From positions 1 through 58,815 of the forward strand of contig PBEP01000014.1 of the NCBI GenBank assembly GCA_002719775.1: a stretch of 58,815 nucleotides of DNA, in the 5' to 3' direction. Below, one piece after another: positions 9,334-17,935 of the stretch (positions are counted from its first letter, which is position 1; each line of letters opens with the position of its first letter). The notes beneath the pieces were generated by a model. The model was given only the letters and a program-made list of their open reading frames with translations, was not told the DNA's origin and did no database searches. The stretch is from Chloroflexota bacterium. GTDB lineage: Bacteria > Chloroflexota > Dehalococcoidia > Lucifugimonadales > Australimonadaceae. The position numbers and the translations under genes are program-made.

Positions 9334-10413
9334 TTGTCTCCAAAATTGAGTAATCCTTTAAATGTTGTTGTATTAAGGAACGAACCGGCGAAAACACTAG
9401 GCAAGATTCAAGACGTTGATCCTAGCAGGATCAGTGTGGAAAATTTGTGGGATTCAGTCCTTCCTGAACTTTATTACGATTGGCCAAAAAGCCTAGTGGA
9501 TAGGTTTGCAAGGCTTCATACATCAGATAATGCATTTACCTCCGAAACACTAAATGAAAAATTAGCTAATGCTCATGTTTTGCTCGCGGGCTACCCTTAT
9601 CCTAAAAATTTACTCAGACGTATGCCTCGTCTTATTTGGGCTCACTGGGGCTTTGCTGGTATTTCTAATCTCTACGAATCTGACTTTTGGGGATCAGATG
9701 TCACCTGCACAAGCTCTCGTGGATTTTCAGGCGCACTTCCTATTGCGGAGTCGGTAATAGGGGCAATTTTAATGTTCACCCGACAATTACATTTAGCAGT
9801 CCTACAAACTGCAAGCCAAGAATTTGATGAGAATAGTTATAAGGTTGCTCTTACCGCTGGTAAAACAGTAGGGATAATAGGACTTGGTGGTATCGGCAAA
9901 AATGTAGCCCGCCTTTCAAAAGGGTTAGGAATGAATGTTTTGGCGACTCGCCTTTCTGCAAAGAAAAGAACAAATAAAATTCCATTCGTAGATATGCTGT
10001 ATCCCGCATATGAAATGAATATAATGCTAGAGAGCTGTGATTTTGTTGTAATCAGCGCAATGTGGACTGAACAAACTGAAAAGCTTTTAAACAAAAAGGC
10101 TTTTACTTCTATGAAGAAAAAGCCTTACCTCATTAATGTAGCAAGAGGCGAATTAATTGATGATCAAGCATTTATTTCTTCTCTAGACTCAGGCAGAGTT
10201 TCTGGCGCATATCTCGATGTTTATCGGGATGAGTTCAAAAGGCCCCCCAATCCCAATCTTATTTCACACCCAAGAGTATTCATATCCCCACATATTTCCC
10301 AAAGGTCAGACTGGAATCAACAGATATCACTAGAATTATTCTGTTCAAATTTAGAACGTTTACTGAACGGCAAAAAACTAGTTAATGTTATTGATTGGAA
10401 GCGCGGCTACTAA
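9334..10413 (+). CDS. D-isomer-specific 2-hydroxyacid dehydrogenase family protein (paralog 2)
   Basis: 359 aa with a TTG start. Collinear with paralog 1: GIIGLGGIGKNVARLSKGLGMNVLATR, NVARGE, SPHISQ, and the same C-terminal D/VIDWxRGY. Confidence 0.85.
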   Translation: MSPKLSNPLNVVVLRNEPAKTLGKIQDVDPSRISVENLWDSVLPELYYDWPKSLVDRFARLHTSDNAFTSETLNEKLANAHVLLAGYPYPKNLLRRMPRLIWAHWGFAGISNLYESDFWGSDVTCTSSRGFSGALPIAESVIGAILMFTRQLHLAVLQTASQEFDENSYKVALTAGKTVGIIGLGGIGKNVARLSKGLGMNVLATRLSAKKRTNKIPFVDMLYPAYEMNIMLESCDFVVISAMWTEQTEKLLNKKAFTSMKKKPYLINVARGELIDDQAFISSLDSGRVSGAYLDVYRDEFKRPPNPNLISHPRVFISPHISQRSDWNQQISLELFCSNLERLLNGKKLVNVIDWKRGY

Positions 10414-10462
10414 CGCTTAATTCAGAGTTGACCAAGCTGAAGATCACGCTTAGCATCCTCTT

Positions 10463-11743
10463 ATGTCCTACCTCAATCAATCAGCCATAAAGATCGACTT
10501 TCTTAGGTTTTTTGGTTGGCGAATTGTGCTTTCGCTAGCATTGATGAGGCTTGTTGGTGGCGGAGTGGGTTTATATGGAAGGGGAGTCTTCCTTTTACCA
10601 ATGGAAGAGGACTTAGGCCTCGGAAGAGATTCCATTTCTTTGGTTTTTGCGATAACTGGTTTACAGGTAGGTTTACTAGCACCTATAGCAGGAATCTTAG
10701 CTCAACGTTACGGTGGCAGGAAACTTCTATTGACTGGGTCCATCAGTGCTGGGTTAGGTTACATATTCCTGTTCTGGGCTAACAGCCTATTTTCCTTGTA
10801 TATGGTCTTCGCAATATTCATTAGTCTGGGATTTAACTGGTCTATATTTCAGGCGCCTACGGCAATAACTAACGCGTGGTTTTCTAAACGAAAAGCCTTA
10901 GCGCTTGCTATTTTGTCCGCGGGAGTAGGGTTGGGAGGACTAATTATTGTGCCAACGCTAGAAGCCTTGGTGAGGGCTTCTGGCTGGAGGGCTACCAGCG
11001 TAGTGGCTGGAGTTGTCATTATTATCACAGGAGTTATCACTTCTGCCATTGTGCGTAATAATCCTGAAGAGAAAGGCTTAAGCCCAGATGGTGATTCAAA
11101 AGAATTCAAGGAAAAGTCCAAAGTAGCAGATTCTAAGATTGAATTAACTGGTTTAACCGCTAAAGAAGCCATTAGAACACCTCTTTTCTGGCTTTTATTA
11201 CTTGGAGTGGTCATGTGGTTGTCAGCTTATGGTAGCTTAGGCCTCCACTTCATCCCTATTTTAGTCTCAAAAGGAGAATCAACTCGCAATGCTGCATTAT
11301 TTGCAGGTATGTACGCAATATCAACCTTCCCTATGGTGTTAATAATTGGTTGGCTTTCTGATCGATTCAATGGGAATTTAGTTTTATCAGTATTTGCAAT
11401 TTTCATGGCATTATCAGTACTGGTCTTGAAAAGTGCAGATAGCGCTCTAGGTTTCATTTTTACAGTATTATTAATCTCGCCTGTTGAATCTGTTTGGCCT
11501 GTTTTCTGGGCAATACTAGGCCGTTCCTACGGTAGAAAGTATTTCGATACAATCAGAGGCTGGATTTATGGCATGGTTTTATTGGGAAGCTCTGGCTGGT
11601 CATATATTCCGGGTCTTTTGTTCGAACGCACTGGGGATTATCAACTTTGGTTAACTATTCTCGTGTACTTAATGCTAATTACCTCTGGAGTGTTTTTTGT
11701 AGCCTCTAGATATCCAGTTCGAAATACAAATCAAATAAACTAA
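10463..11743 (+). CDS. MFS transporter
   Basis: 426 aa with about 12 hydrophobic segments split by a central hydrophilic loop (NPEEKGLSPDGDSKEFKEKSK), giving a 6+6 MFS layout. Confidence 0.8.
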   Translation: MSYLNQSAIKIDFLRFFGWRIVLSLALMRLVGGGVGLYGRGVFLLPMEEDLGLGRDSISLVFAITGLQVGLLAPIAGILAQRYGGRKLLLTGSISAGLGYIFLFWANSLFSLYMVFAIFISLGFNWSIFQAPTAITNAWFSKRKALALAILSAGVGLGGLIIVPTLEALVRASGWRATSVVAGVVIIITGVITSAIVRNNPEEKGLSPDGDSKEFKEKSKVADSKIELTGLTAKEAIRTPLFWLLLLGVVMWLSAYGSLGLHFIPILVSKGESTRNAALFAGMYAISTFPMVLIIGWLSDRFNGNLVLSVFAIFMALSVLVLKSADSALGFIFTVLLISPVESVWPVFWAILGRSYGRKYFDTIRGWIYGMVLLGSSGWSYIPGLLFERTGDYQLWLTILVYLMLITSGVFFVASRYPVRNTNQIN

Positions 11744-11755
11744 AATCTGGACACC

Positions 11756-14536
11756 ATGCTTTTAGATGAACAAAATACTGAAACCCCAAGACTACTACTT
11801 CTAGACGGACACGCCATGGTGTTTCGAGCTTTCTTTGCACTGTCCAAAGACCGTCCAATGACAGTAAAGGAAACTGGAGAAAGAATTGAGGCCGTTTATA
11901 GCTTTACCTCAACTCTCTTTAAAGCAATCAATGATTTATCTCCTTCTCATCTAGCAATTGCGTTTGACCCACGTGGTCCTACATTTAGACATGAAGAGTA
12001 CAAGGAATATAAAGGTACTAGAGCTCCCACTCCTACAGAATTACCACATCAGGTAGATAGGGTTAAAGAAGTAGTTACAGCAATGGGTATTCCTGTTTAC
12101 GAAATACCAGGGTATGAAGCCGATGACGTTCTAGGAACGATTTCAAAACAAGCATCAAATGAGGGAGCTGAAATAATCATATATACAGGGGATACAGATA
12201 CGCTCCAACTGGTTAAACCAAATGTAAAAGTGCTAATAACATCCGGGTTCGGAGATCAACGAGTTTTTGATGAAGATGCGGTCCGCCAAAGATACGGAGG
12301 GCTGGATCCCATCAAGCAAATTGATGTCAAAGCATTGGAGGGAGATACTTCAGATAATATTCCAGGGGTGCCTGGGATCGGTCGTAAAACTGCAATAAAG
12401 CTTATTGATGCCTACGGGAGCTTAGACGGGGTATATCAAAATATAGATCGAGTGACTCCACCCAGAATTCAGTCATTGCTTAAAGAGTATGAAAATGATG
12501 CTAGGCAAAGTAAGTATTTGGTAACAATAGTAACTTCTGTTGATACAAAATTTGAACTAGAGCAAACAGAATTTGGCAATTTTGAAAGAGAAAATTTGGT
12601 GCACTTGTTTAGGGAGCTTGGTTTTACTTCACTTGTGGACAGAATCCCTCAATTAAACAAACAAGATTCTTCAACTTATAAAGTTAATTTGAATGCTAGC
12701 TCAGATTCAAAAATATTCGAAGACAATACTCCAGATACTGACGTCACAGTTATAGATAATAAAGAATCTTTTGAGCGAATGATGGAACAACTCTCTGTGG
12801 CACCATTTATTGCTTTAGACACCGAAGCTAGTTCTATAAACCCGATGCAAGCTGATTTAGCTGGCTTATCTTTTTCTACCACGCCGGGCAAAGCCTTCTA
12901 CGTACCATTAGGCCATTTAGAGGGGGAGCAACTCAGTCTAGATTATGTGTTTGATTCAATTTTACCGCTCCTACACAAAGATAGCTCAAAGCTAGTCGGA
13001 CACAATCTTAATTATGATCTTACTTTGTTAAGCAAATACGGTGTTGATCCAAAACAAGTGTCTGTCCAATTTGATACGTTAATCGCTGCGCATCTATTAG
13101 GTGAACGAGGCCTTGGGTTGAAACAACTTGCTCTTAGTAAGATGGGAATTGAAATGACTCTCATTACTGAACTCATCGGTAAAGGTCGTAACCAAATCAC
13201 ATTCAATGAAGTGCCAATACAAAGCGCTGCACCCTATGCAGGTGCGGATGCAGACATATCTTTAAGGCTAAAAGACCAAATGGAAAAGGATTTAGATCAG
13301 CAAAGCCTGACTCTAATGAAGGAATTGGAGATGCCGTTAGTTCCGGTACTCGTTGAAATGCAAGCTAATGGGATTTCACTTGATCACAGTGTACTTCAGG
13401 ACCTAAGCACTGAGATTTCTGGAGCCATTCTTGAAGCAGAAACATTGATATTTAAAGCCGTTGGCCACCAATTTAATATCGCTTCCCCCCAGCAACTTTC
13501 AGATGTGTTATTTAAGGAACTCAACCTTCCAACTGGCAGAAAAACCTTAACCGGTTTTTCGACTGACGCTTCCACATTAGAAGGGTTGTTAGATACTCAC
13601 CCTATTGTTAGTCAAATTTTAAGTTATAGAGAATTGACCAAATTAAGATCCACTTACGTTGACTCTTTACCTAATCAAATTAACCCTTCGACCATGAGGA
13701 TTCATACGACTTTCAATCAAGTTGGAGCAGCTACTGGGCGCTTAGCCAGCAATGACCCCAATCTTCAAAATATACCAGTCAGAACAGATTTAGGCCGTCG
13801 TGTAAGGGATGCTTTTATCGCTGGAAAACGCCCTGAATGGCTCCTACTCGCCGCAGATTATTCGCAGGTGGAGCTTAGAGTGCTTGCACATCTTTCAGGC
13901 GATCCTGCACTAATCGAAGCCTTTGAAAACGGCGAAGATATTCATTCGTCTACGGCATCTTTAGTTTATAAAGTCCCAATCGAGAAGGTTAGCCCTGAAA
14001 TGAGGCGATTAGCCAAGGTCATGAACTTTGGAGTGATTTATGGCTTATCTGCATTCGGAATCGCTAATCAAACTGAGCTTACGATGGAAGAAGGAGCTCA
14101 ATTTATATCAACCTATATGGGAACCTACCCAAGAGTTAAAGAATACTTGGACGAAACTTTGGATTCTGCACGTCAGCTTGGGTATGTTGAGACCATTCTA
14201 GGCAGGAGAAGGTACTTGCCGGAGATTACTTCTACGAACAGACAACTGAGGCAAGCGTCTGAGAGGATGGCAGTTAACATGCCCGTGCAAGGCACAGCAG
14301 CGGATATAGTTAAGGCTGCTATGGTTGAAGTTCAGTCGCGTTTGATTCAAGAAAAAATGCGAAGCACGATGCTACTGCAAGTACATGATGAACTAGTGTT
14401 TGAAACCCCTAAGGAAGAAGTCCCAGTATTATGTGATCACCTTGAAGAAATTATGCCCCGAGCGCTCAACATGATTGTGCCCTTACTCATAGAAATCAAA
14501 AAGGGAGACTCATGGGGCAACATGGCTAGAGGCTAA
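11756..14536 (+). CDS. polA: DNA polymerase I (5' nuclease, 3'-5' exonuclease and polymerase domains)
   Basis: 926 aa. Exo motifs are LDTEAS, HNLNYD and YAGADAD. Pol motifs are DYSQVELRVLAH, RRLAKVMNFGVIYG and QVHDELV. Confidence 0.97.
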   Translation: MLLDEQNTETPRLLLLDGHAMVFRAFFALSKDRPMTVKETGERIEAVYSFTSTLFKAINDLSPSHLAIAFDPRGPTFRHEEYKEYKGTRAPTPTELPHQVDRVKEVVTAMGIPVYEIPGYEADDVLGTISKQASNEGAEIIIYTGDTDTLQLVKPNVKVLITSGFGDQRVFDEDAVRQRYGGLDPIKQIDVKALEGDTSDNIPGVPGIGRKTAIKLIDAYGSLDGVYQNIDRVTPPRIQSLLKEYENDARQSKYLVTIVTSVDTKFELEQTEFGNFERENLVHLFRELGFTSLVDRIPQLNKQDSSTYKVNLNASSDSKIFEDNTPDTDVTVIDNKESFERMMEQLSVAPFIALDTEASSINPMQADLAGLSFSTTPGKAFYVPLGHLEGEQLSLDYVFDSILPLLHKDSSKLVGHNLNYDLTLLSKYGVDPKQVSVQFDTLIAAHLLGERGLGLKQLALSKMGIEMTLITELIGKGRNQITFNEVPIQSAAPYAGADADISLRLKDQMEKDLDQQSLTLMKELEMPLVPVLVEMQANGISLDHSVLQDLSTEISGAILEAETLIFKAVGHQFNIASPQQLSDVLFKELNLPTGRKTLTGFSTDASTLEGLLDTHPIVSQILSYRELTKLRSTYVDSLPNQINPSTMRIHTTFNQVGAATGRLASNDPNLQNIPVRTDLGRRVRDAFIAGKRPEWLLLAADYSQVELRVLAHLSGDPALIEAFENGEDIHSSTASLVYKVPIEKVSPEMRRLAKVMNFGVIYGLSAFGIANQTELTMEEGAQFISTYMGTYPRVKEYLDETLDSARQLGYVETILGRRRYLPEITSTNRQLRQASERMAVNMPVQGTAADIVKAAMVEVQSRLIQEKMRSTMLLQVHDELVFETPKEEVPVLCDHLEEIMPRALNMIVPLLIEIKKGDSWGNMARG

Positions 14537-15309
14537 TCTTCACTAAATAGCTTGATTTGATTTTCTAATTCTTCCAATGCACTGAAGTCTTCGTTAAGTA
14601 ATAAGTAGCATCTCTCTACAAGCAAACGCATGATTTTTTCACCGTTTTGAGAAGTATCTCGTGATGCTAAACGGATCCTGCCTACCCAGTAATGATCTGG
14701 CAGTAAACCCTCTAACGCTAACATCGCATTATCTGATTCATTTACCAAGGCGGTGTTCTCTTGTTCAACTGCAAATCTAATCGTACCAACTAATTTGGAT
14801 AATTCTGCTAGCCGATCCCTTTCACTTAACAGTTCAAACAAAACTCGATGGACGTCCGAAGATTGGTTTGCATCTTCAGCCTTGTTTGCTTCGGCAACTG
14901 CCATCGCTGGAGTATTCTCAATTCCTTGGCTATACAATTGCGCATACTCTTGAGTCAAGTTTGATGTAACCTGAACTGAAGATTGAATATCTTCAACGGA
15001 AAGGTTGCCGCCGAAGACTAAATCGTCTGATCTTTGAATTGCTAACCTTTCTAAAGCAGAAAACCCGCCAGTCATTAACTCTGGCATTGGTGGAGCTGCT
15101 ATTGAGCCCATCCCTTCAGTGCCTAAACCGCCCATCATTCCACCAAGTTGAGTAGCCAATAAAGGGGGCAGGTACTTCCCCATATCTACTTCAACTGGCA
15201 GAACGATTAAGTAAGTTGTGTAGATATCAGAGCTATCCGAGTCCTTAAAGTACAAAAGTGCATGACCCCGAGGTCTAGAAGGATCGCCGATTTCGAATTC
15301 TAATGTCAT
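14533..15309 (-). CDS. Hypothetical protein (258 aa, Gly/Met-rich linker plus helical C-terminal half)
   Basis: A long ORF with no competing frame and no motif I recognise. Its stop overlaps the polA stop by 4 nt in convergent orientation. Confidence 0.6.
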   Translation of the reverse strand: MTLEFEIGDPSRPRGHALLYFKDSDSSDIYTTYLIVLPVEVDMGKYLPPLLATQLGGMMGGLGTEGMGSIAAPPMPELMTGGFSALERLAIQRSDDLVFGGNLSVEDIQSSVQVTSNLTQEYAQLYSQGIENTPAMAVAEANKAEDANQSSDVHRVLFELLSERDRLAELSKLVGTIRFAVEQENTALVNESDNAMLALEGLLPDHYWVGRIRLASRDTSQNGEKIMRLLVERCYLLLNEDFSALEELENQIKLFSED

Positions 15310-15381
15310 AATTACATTATACGATTAGTTTTGATTAAAACCCCAGAACAACTAGATGCTAATATCAACACTTAGGCAATT

Positions 15382-15993
15382 ATGAAGAACAAGATCGATA
15401 AATCCAATAACCATAAATCTTGGCACCATCCCACAGTCCGCTGGGGTTTTCAAATTAGCCTATTGTTCGCACTTTGGATTGTCTTATCGGGCAAACTTGA
15501 TGTTCTTTTCCTGACCCCGGGAATTATCTCTGCAGTGTTAGTAGTTGTAGTTACGGAAAGGATTTTTCACCCAAACGAAACCGCTGGATTTATGAATCCG
15601 CCGAGTTCATTAAAATGGCTCATGAAATCGATCTTAAGAATGTGTTGGTATGTGCCCTATCTCATTTGGGAAATACTAATCGCCAATTTCCATGTAGCTC
15701 GCTTAATAATTTCTCCTTCGATGCCCCTTAATCCTGCGTTAATTGTATTTGAATCGCCTTTAGAAACTGAATCTGCAAACGCATTGTTAGCGCAGTCCAT
15801 AACTTTGACTCCCGGGACAATTACAGTTGACATGTCTCGCCACAGGATACTTGTACATTGCCTGTCTTCGAATTCTCTAGTGAGTCTTTCTAGTGGAGAA
15901 TTGATTAAAAAAGTAGCAAATGTATACGGTCAAGGAAATTTAAAATTACCTAACATGCAGCAAGTCACAAAGTTGGAGGAAATCATTTGGTAG
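15382..15993 (+). CDS. mrpE: Mrp/Mnh antiporter subunit E
   Basis: 203 aa. LAQSITLTPGTITVD....LVHCL is the MnhE signature. It is the first gene of an overlapping-gene cluster. Confidence 0.8.
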   Translation: MKNKIDKSNNHKSWHHPTVRWGFQISLLFALWIVLSGKLDVLFLTPGIISAVLVVVVTERIFHPNETAGFMNPPSSLKWLMKSILRMCWYVPYLIWEILIANFHVARLIISPSMPLNPALIVFESPLETESANALLAQSITLTPGTITVDMSRHRILVHCLSSNSLVSLSSGELIKKVANVYGQGNLKLPNMQQVTKLEEIIW

Positions 15994-16274
15994 AAGGTTA
16001 TTTAGTTGTTTGCTGTGCAATTTTAATTGCGATAAGCGCTGTTGGTTTGTTCAGAATCTCATTCGGAGATTCTGTATATGACCGTCTCCTTGCAGCTGGT
16101 TTGGTCGGAACAAATACTATAGTTCTATTAGCGATGATCGGTTTCATTTTCAACCGCCCTGATATGTTCATTGACCTTGCACTAGCATATGCCTTATTAA
16201 ATTTCATAGGCACTTCAGCAATTGCTAAGTACCTTGAACGCGATGCTGAGAAAGCTTCAAGAAAATGGAAATGA
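15987..16274 (+). CDS. mrpF: Mrp/Mnh antiporter subunit F
   Basis: 95 aa with 3 TM helices and the VYDRLLAAGLVGTN motif. The TTG start overlaps the mrpE stop. Confidence 0.75.
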   Translation: MVEGYLVVCCAILIAISAVGLFRISFGDSVYDRLLAAGLVGTNTIVLLAMIGFIFNRPDMFIDLALAYALLNFIGTSAIAKYLERDAEKASRKWK

Positions 16275-16588
16275 TTAGCTACATTTTGATCTCTTTTGGT
16301 TTGTTCTTCATGGGAATAACAGCTCTTGGATTAATACGTCTTCCGGATTTTTTCACACGTACCCACGCAGTTTCCAAAACTGAAACATTGGGTATCAGTT
16401 TAGTTCTGATTGGTTTGATATTTGAGTCAGGTATTTCGATTGTTTCTTTGAAAATTTTCCTAGTAGTAGCATTTGTTTTTATTGCAAATCCAATCGCCTC
16501 TCATTTGCTTAGCAGATCTGCAATTAAAAATGGGACTATCCCTTGGCACACAACCGCTGAAAGTTCCTCAAAGGATTCTCCTGAATGA
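16265..16588 (+). CDS. mrpG: Mrp/Mnh antiporter subunit G
   Basis: 107 aa. LPDFFTRTHAVSKTETLG matches the MnhG D-x-x-x-R-x-H-A motif. Confidence 0.8.
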   Translation: MEMISYILISFGLFFMGITALGLIRLPDFFTRTHAVSKTETLGISLVLIGLIFESGISIVSLKIFLVVAFVFIANPIASHLLSRSAIKNGTIPWHTTAESSSKDSPE

Positions 16589-16830
16589 TCTGGCAATTAG
16601 AATTTGCTCTTTATTTCTTGATCTTAATTTCTGCAGTGACTGCACTCACACTGCGCGATTTAATTGCTGCTATTGCTGCACTGTCCACTTACAGCTTTTT
16701 GGTAGCTTCACTCTTGGCACTGATGGGAGCAGTTGATGTTTCACTCACTGAAGTTGCTCTGGGTGCTGGGGTGACTGGAGTTTTATTGGTCGGGGGTATT
16801 AGCCTCATGCAGAGGAGGTCTATTGATTGA
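16585..16830 (+). CDS. Small membrane subunit, MbhD/DUF4040-like (MrpB-family piece 1)
   Basis: 81 aa with 3 TM helices and an ATGA overlap with mrpG. Its position equals MbhD in archaeal Mbh/Mbx order. Confidence 0.55.
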   Translation: MIWQLEFALYFLILISAVTALTLRDLIAAIAALSTYSFLVASLLALMGAVDVSLTEVALGAGVTGVLLVGGISLMQRRSID

Positions 16831-17102
16831 ATAAATTAGCCTTACCAATTGTAATTATTTTTGCAATAATTTTTATATTTTCCACATCTACTCTTCCGAA
16901 TAGGGCAGATGTGAATTCCCCTTCCAATTTACATGTCTCGCCTACATATATTGAGCATACTGAAAAGGACATTGGAATCGAAAATATAGTATCAGCTGTT
17001 TTAGCTGACTATCGAGGTTATGACACCTTAGGCGAAACATTTGTCATATTCACTGCTGGCGTGGCTGTACTTGCCGTCATGACCAGGAGGAGGACCTCAT
17101 GA
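16827..17102 (+). CDS. Small membrane subunit, MbhE-like (MrpB-family piece 2)
   Basis: 91 aa. NIVSAVLADYRGYDTLGETFVIFTAG is the MnhB-family motif. AGGAGG lies 9 nt upstream of the TTG start. Confidence 0.7.
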   Translation: MNKLALPIVIIFAIIFIFSTSTLPNRADVNSPSNLHVSPTYIEHTEKDIGIENIVSAVLADYRGYDTLGETFVIFTAGVAVLAVMTRRRTS

Positions 17103-17569
17103 CAGAACGCCATGAAAGCGTCCTATTGCATTTTTTTGTGAGAACATTCCTCGCTCCATTCATTATGCTATTTGCTCTTTATGTACTTGTTCATGGTGAA
17201 GCCAGTCCTGGAGGAGGGTTTCAGGGAGGAGCTATTTTTGCCGCCGGAGTCATCATTTCACGATTGTCTTTAGGTTTGAATCAGGGATCATACTCTTTCC
17301 TGAGTAGAAAGACCCTGCTAATTCTTGCATGCCTTGGCCTGGGTACTTTCACATTCATGGGTATCGCAGGAGTCCTATTCGGCGGTTCTTTTTTAAATTA
17401 TGGGGTCGTTCCACTTTCTTGGTTAGATTACATCTGGCCTGGGGATTTAGGCCAAAGGCAGATGGGGATATTTATCATAGAAGGTGGTATTGCTTTAGGA
17501 GTATTCGCTACAATTATTCTTCTTTTTGACTTTTTGACTTTTGAGACGAAGGGTGAGGATGTGCCGTAA
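17099..17569 (+). CDS. mrpB: Mrp/Mnh antiporter subunit B (core piece)
   Basis: 156 aa with the core MnhB motif SPGGGFQGGAIFAAG and an ATGA overlap. Confidence 0.8.
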   Translation: MTERHESVLLHFFVRTFLAPFIMLFALYVLVHGEASPGGGFQGGAIFAAGVIISRLSLGLNQGSYSFLSRKTLLILACLGLGTFTFMGIAGVLFGGSFLNYGVVPLSWLDYIWPGDLGQRQMGIFIIEGGIALGVFATIILLFDFLTFETKGEDVP

Positions 17570-17931
17570 TGGAAGAGATTGCGGCAAGATTCCCATACTG
17601 GTTCATCGGCTTACTATTAGCTATAGGCTTATACGGCATGATTGGTAAGAGAAGCTTAGTGAAGAAGCTGATAGGGCTTAATATCTTCCAATCCTCGATT
17701 ATATTATTCTTTGTAGCATCTGGTCTTAAGCACGGAGCATCCGTGCCAATTTTGCAACATGAACATCACCCCATAGCACAAGATTACTTAAACCCTCTTC
17801 CCCATGTTCTCATGCTGACAGCAATTGTAGTATCAGTAGCTGTTACTGGGGTAGCACTTTCATTTTTAGTGAAAATCCATCACGAGTTTAAGAACGAAGA
17901 TGAAGAAACGATTTTGGAACAATTAGGGTGA
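17569..17931 (+). CDS. mrpC: Mrp/Mnh antiporter subunit C (NuoK-like)
   Basis: 120 aa with 3 TM helices and a TAATG overlap with mrpB. Confidence 0.8.
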   Translation: MEEIAARFPYWFIGLLLAIGLYGMIGKRSLVKKLIGLNIFQSSIILFFVASGLKHGASVPILQHEHHPIAQDYLNPLPHVLMLTAIVVSVAVTGVALSFLVKIHHEFKNEDEETILEQLG

Positions 17932-17935
17932 TGCC

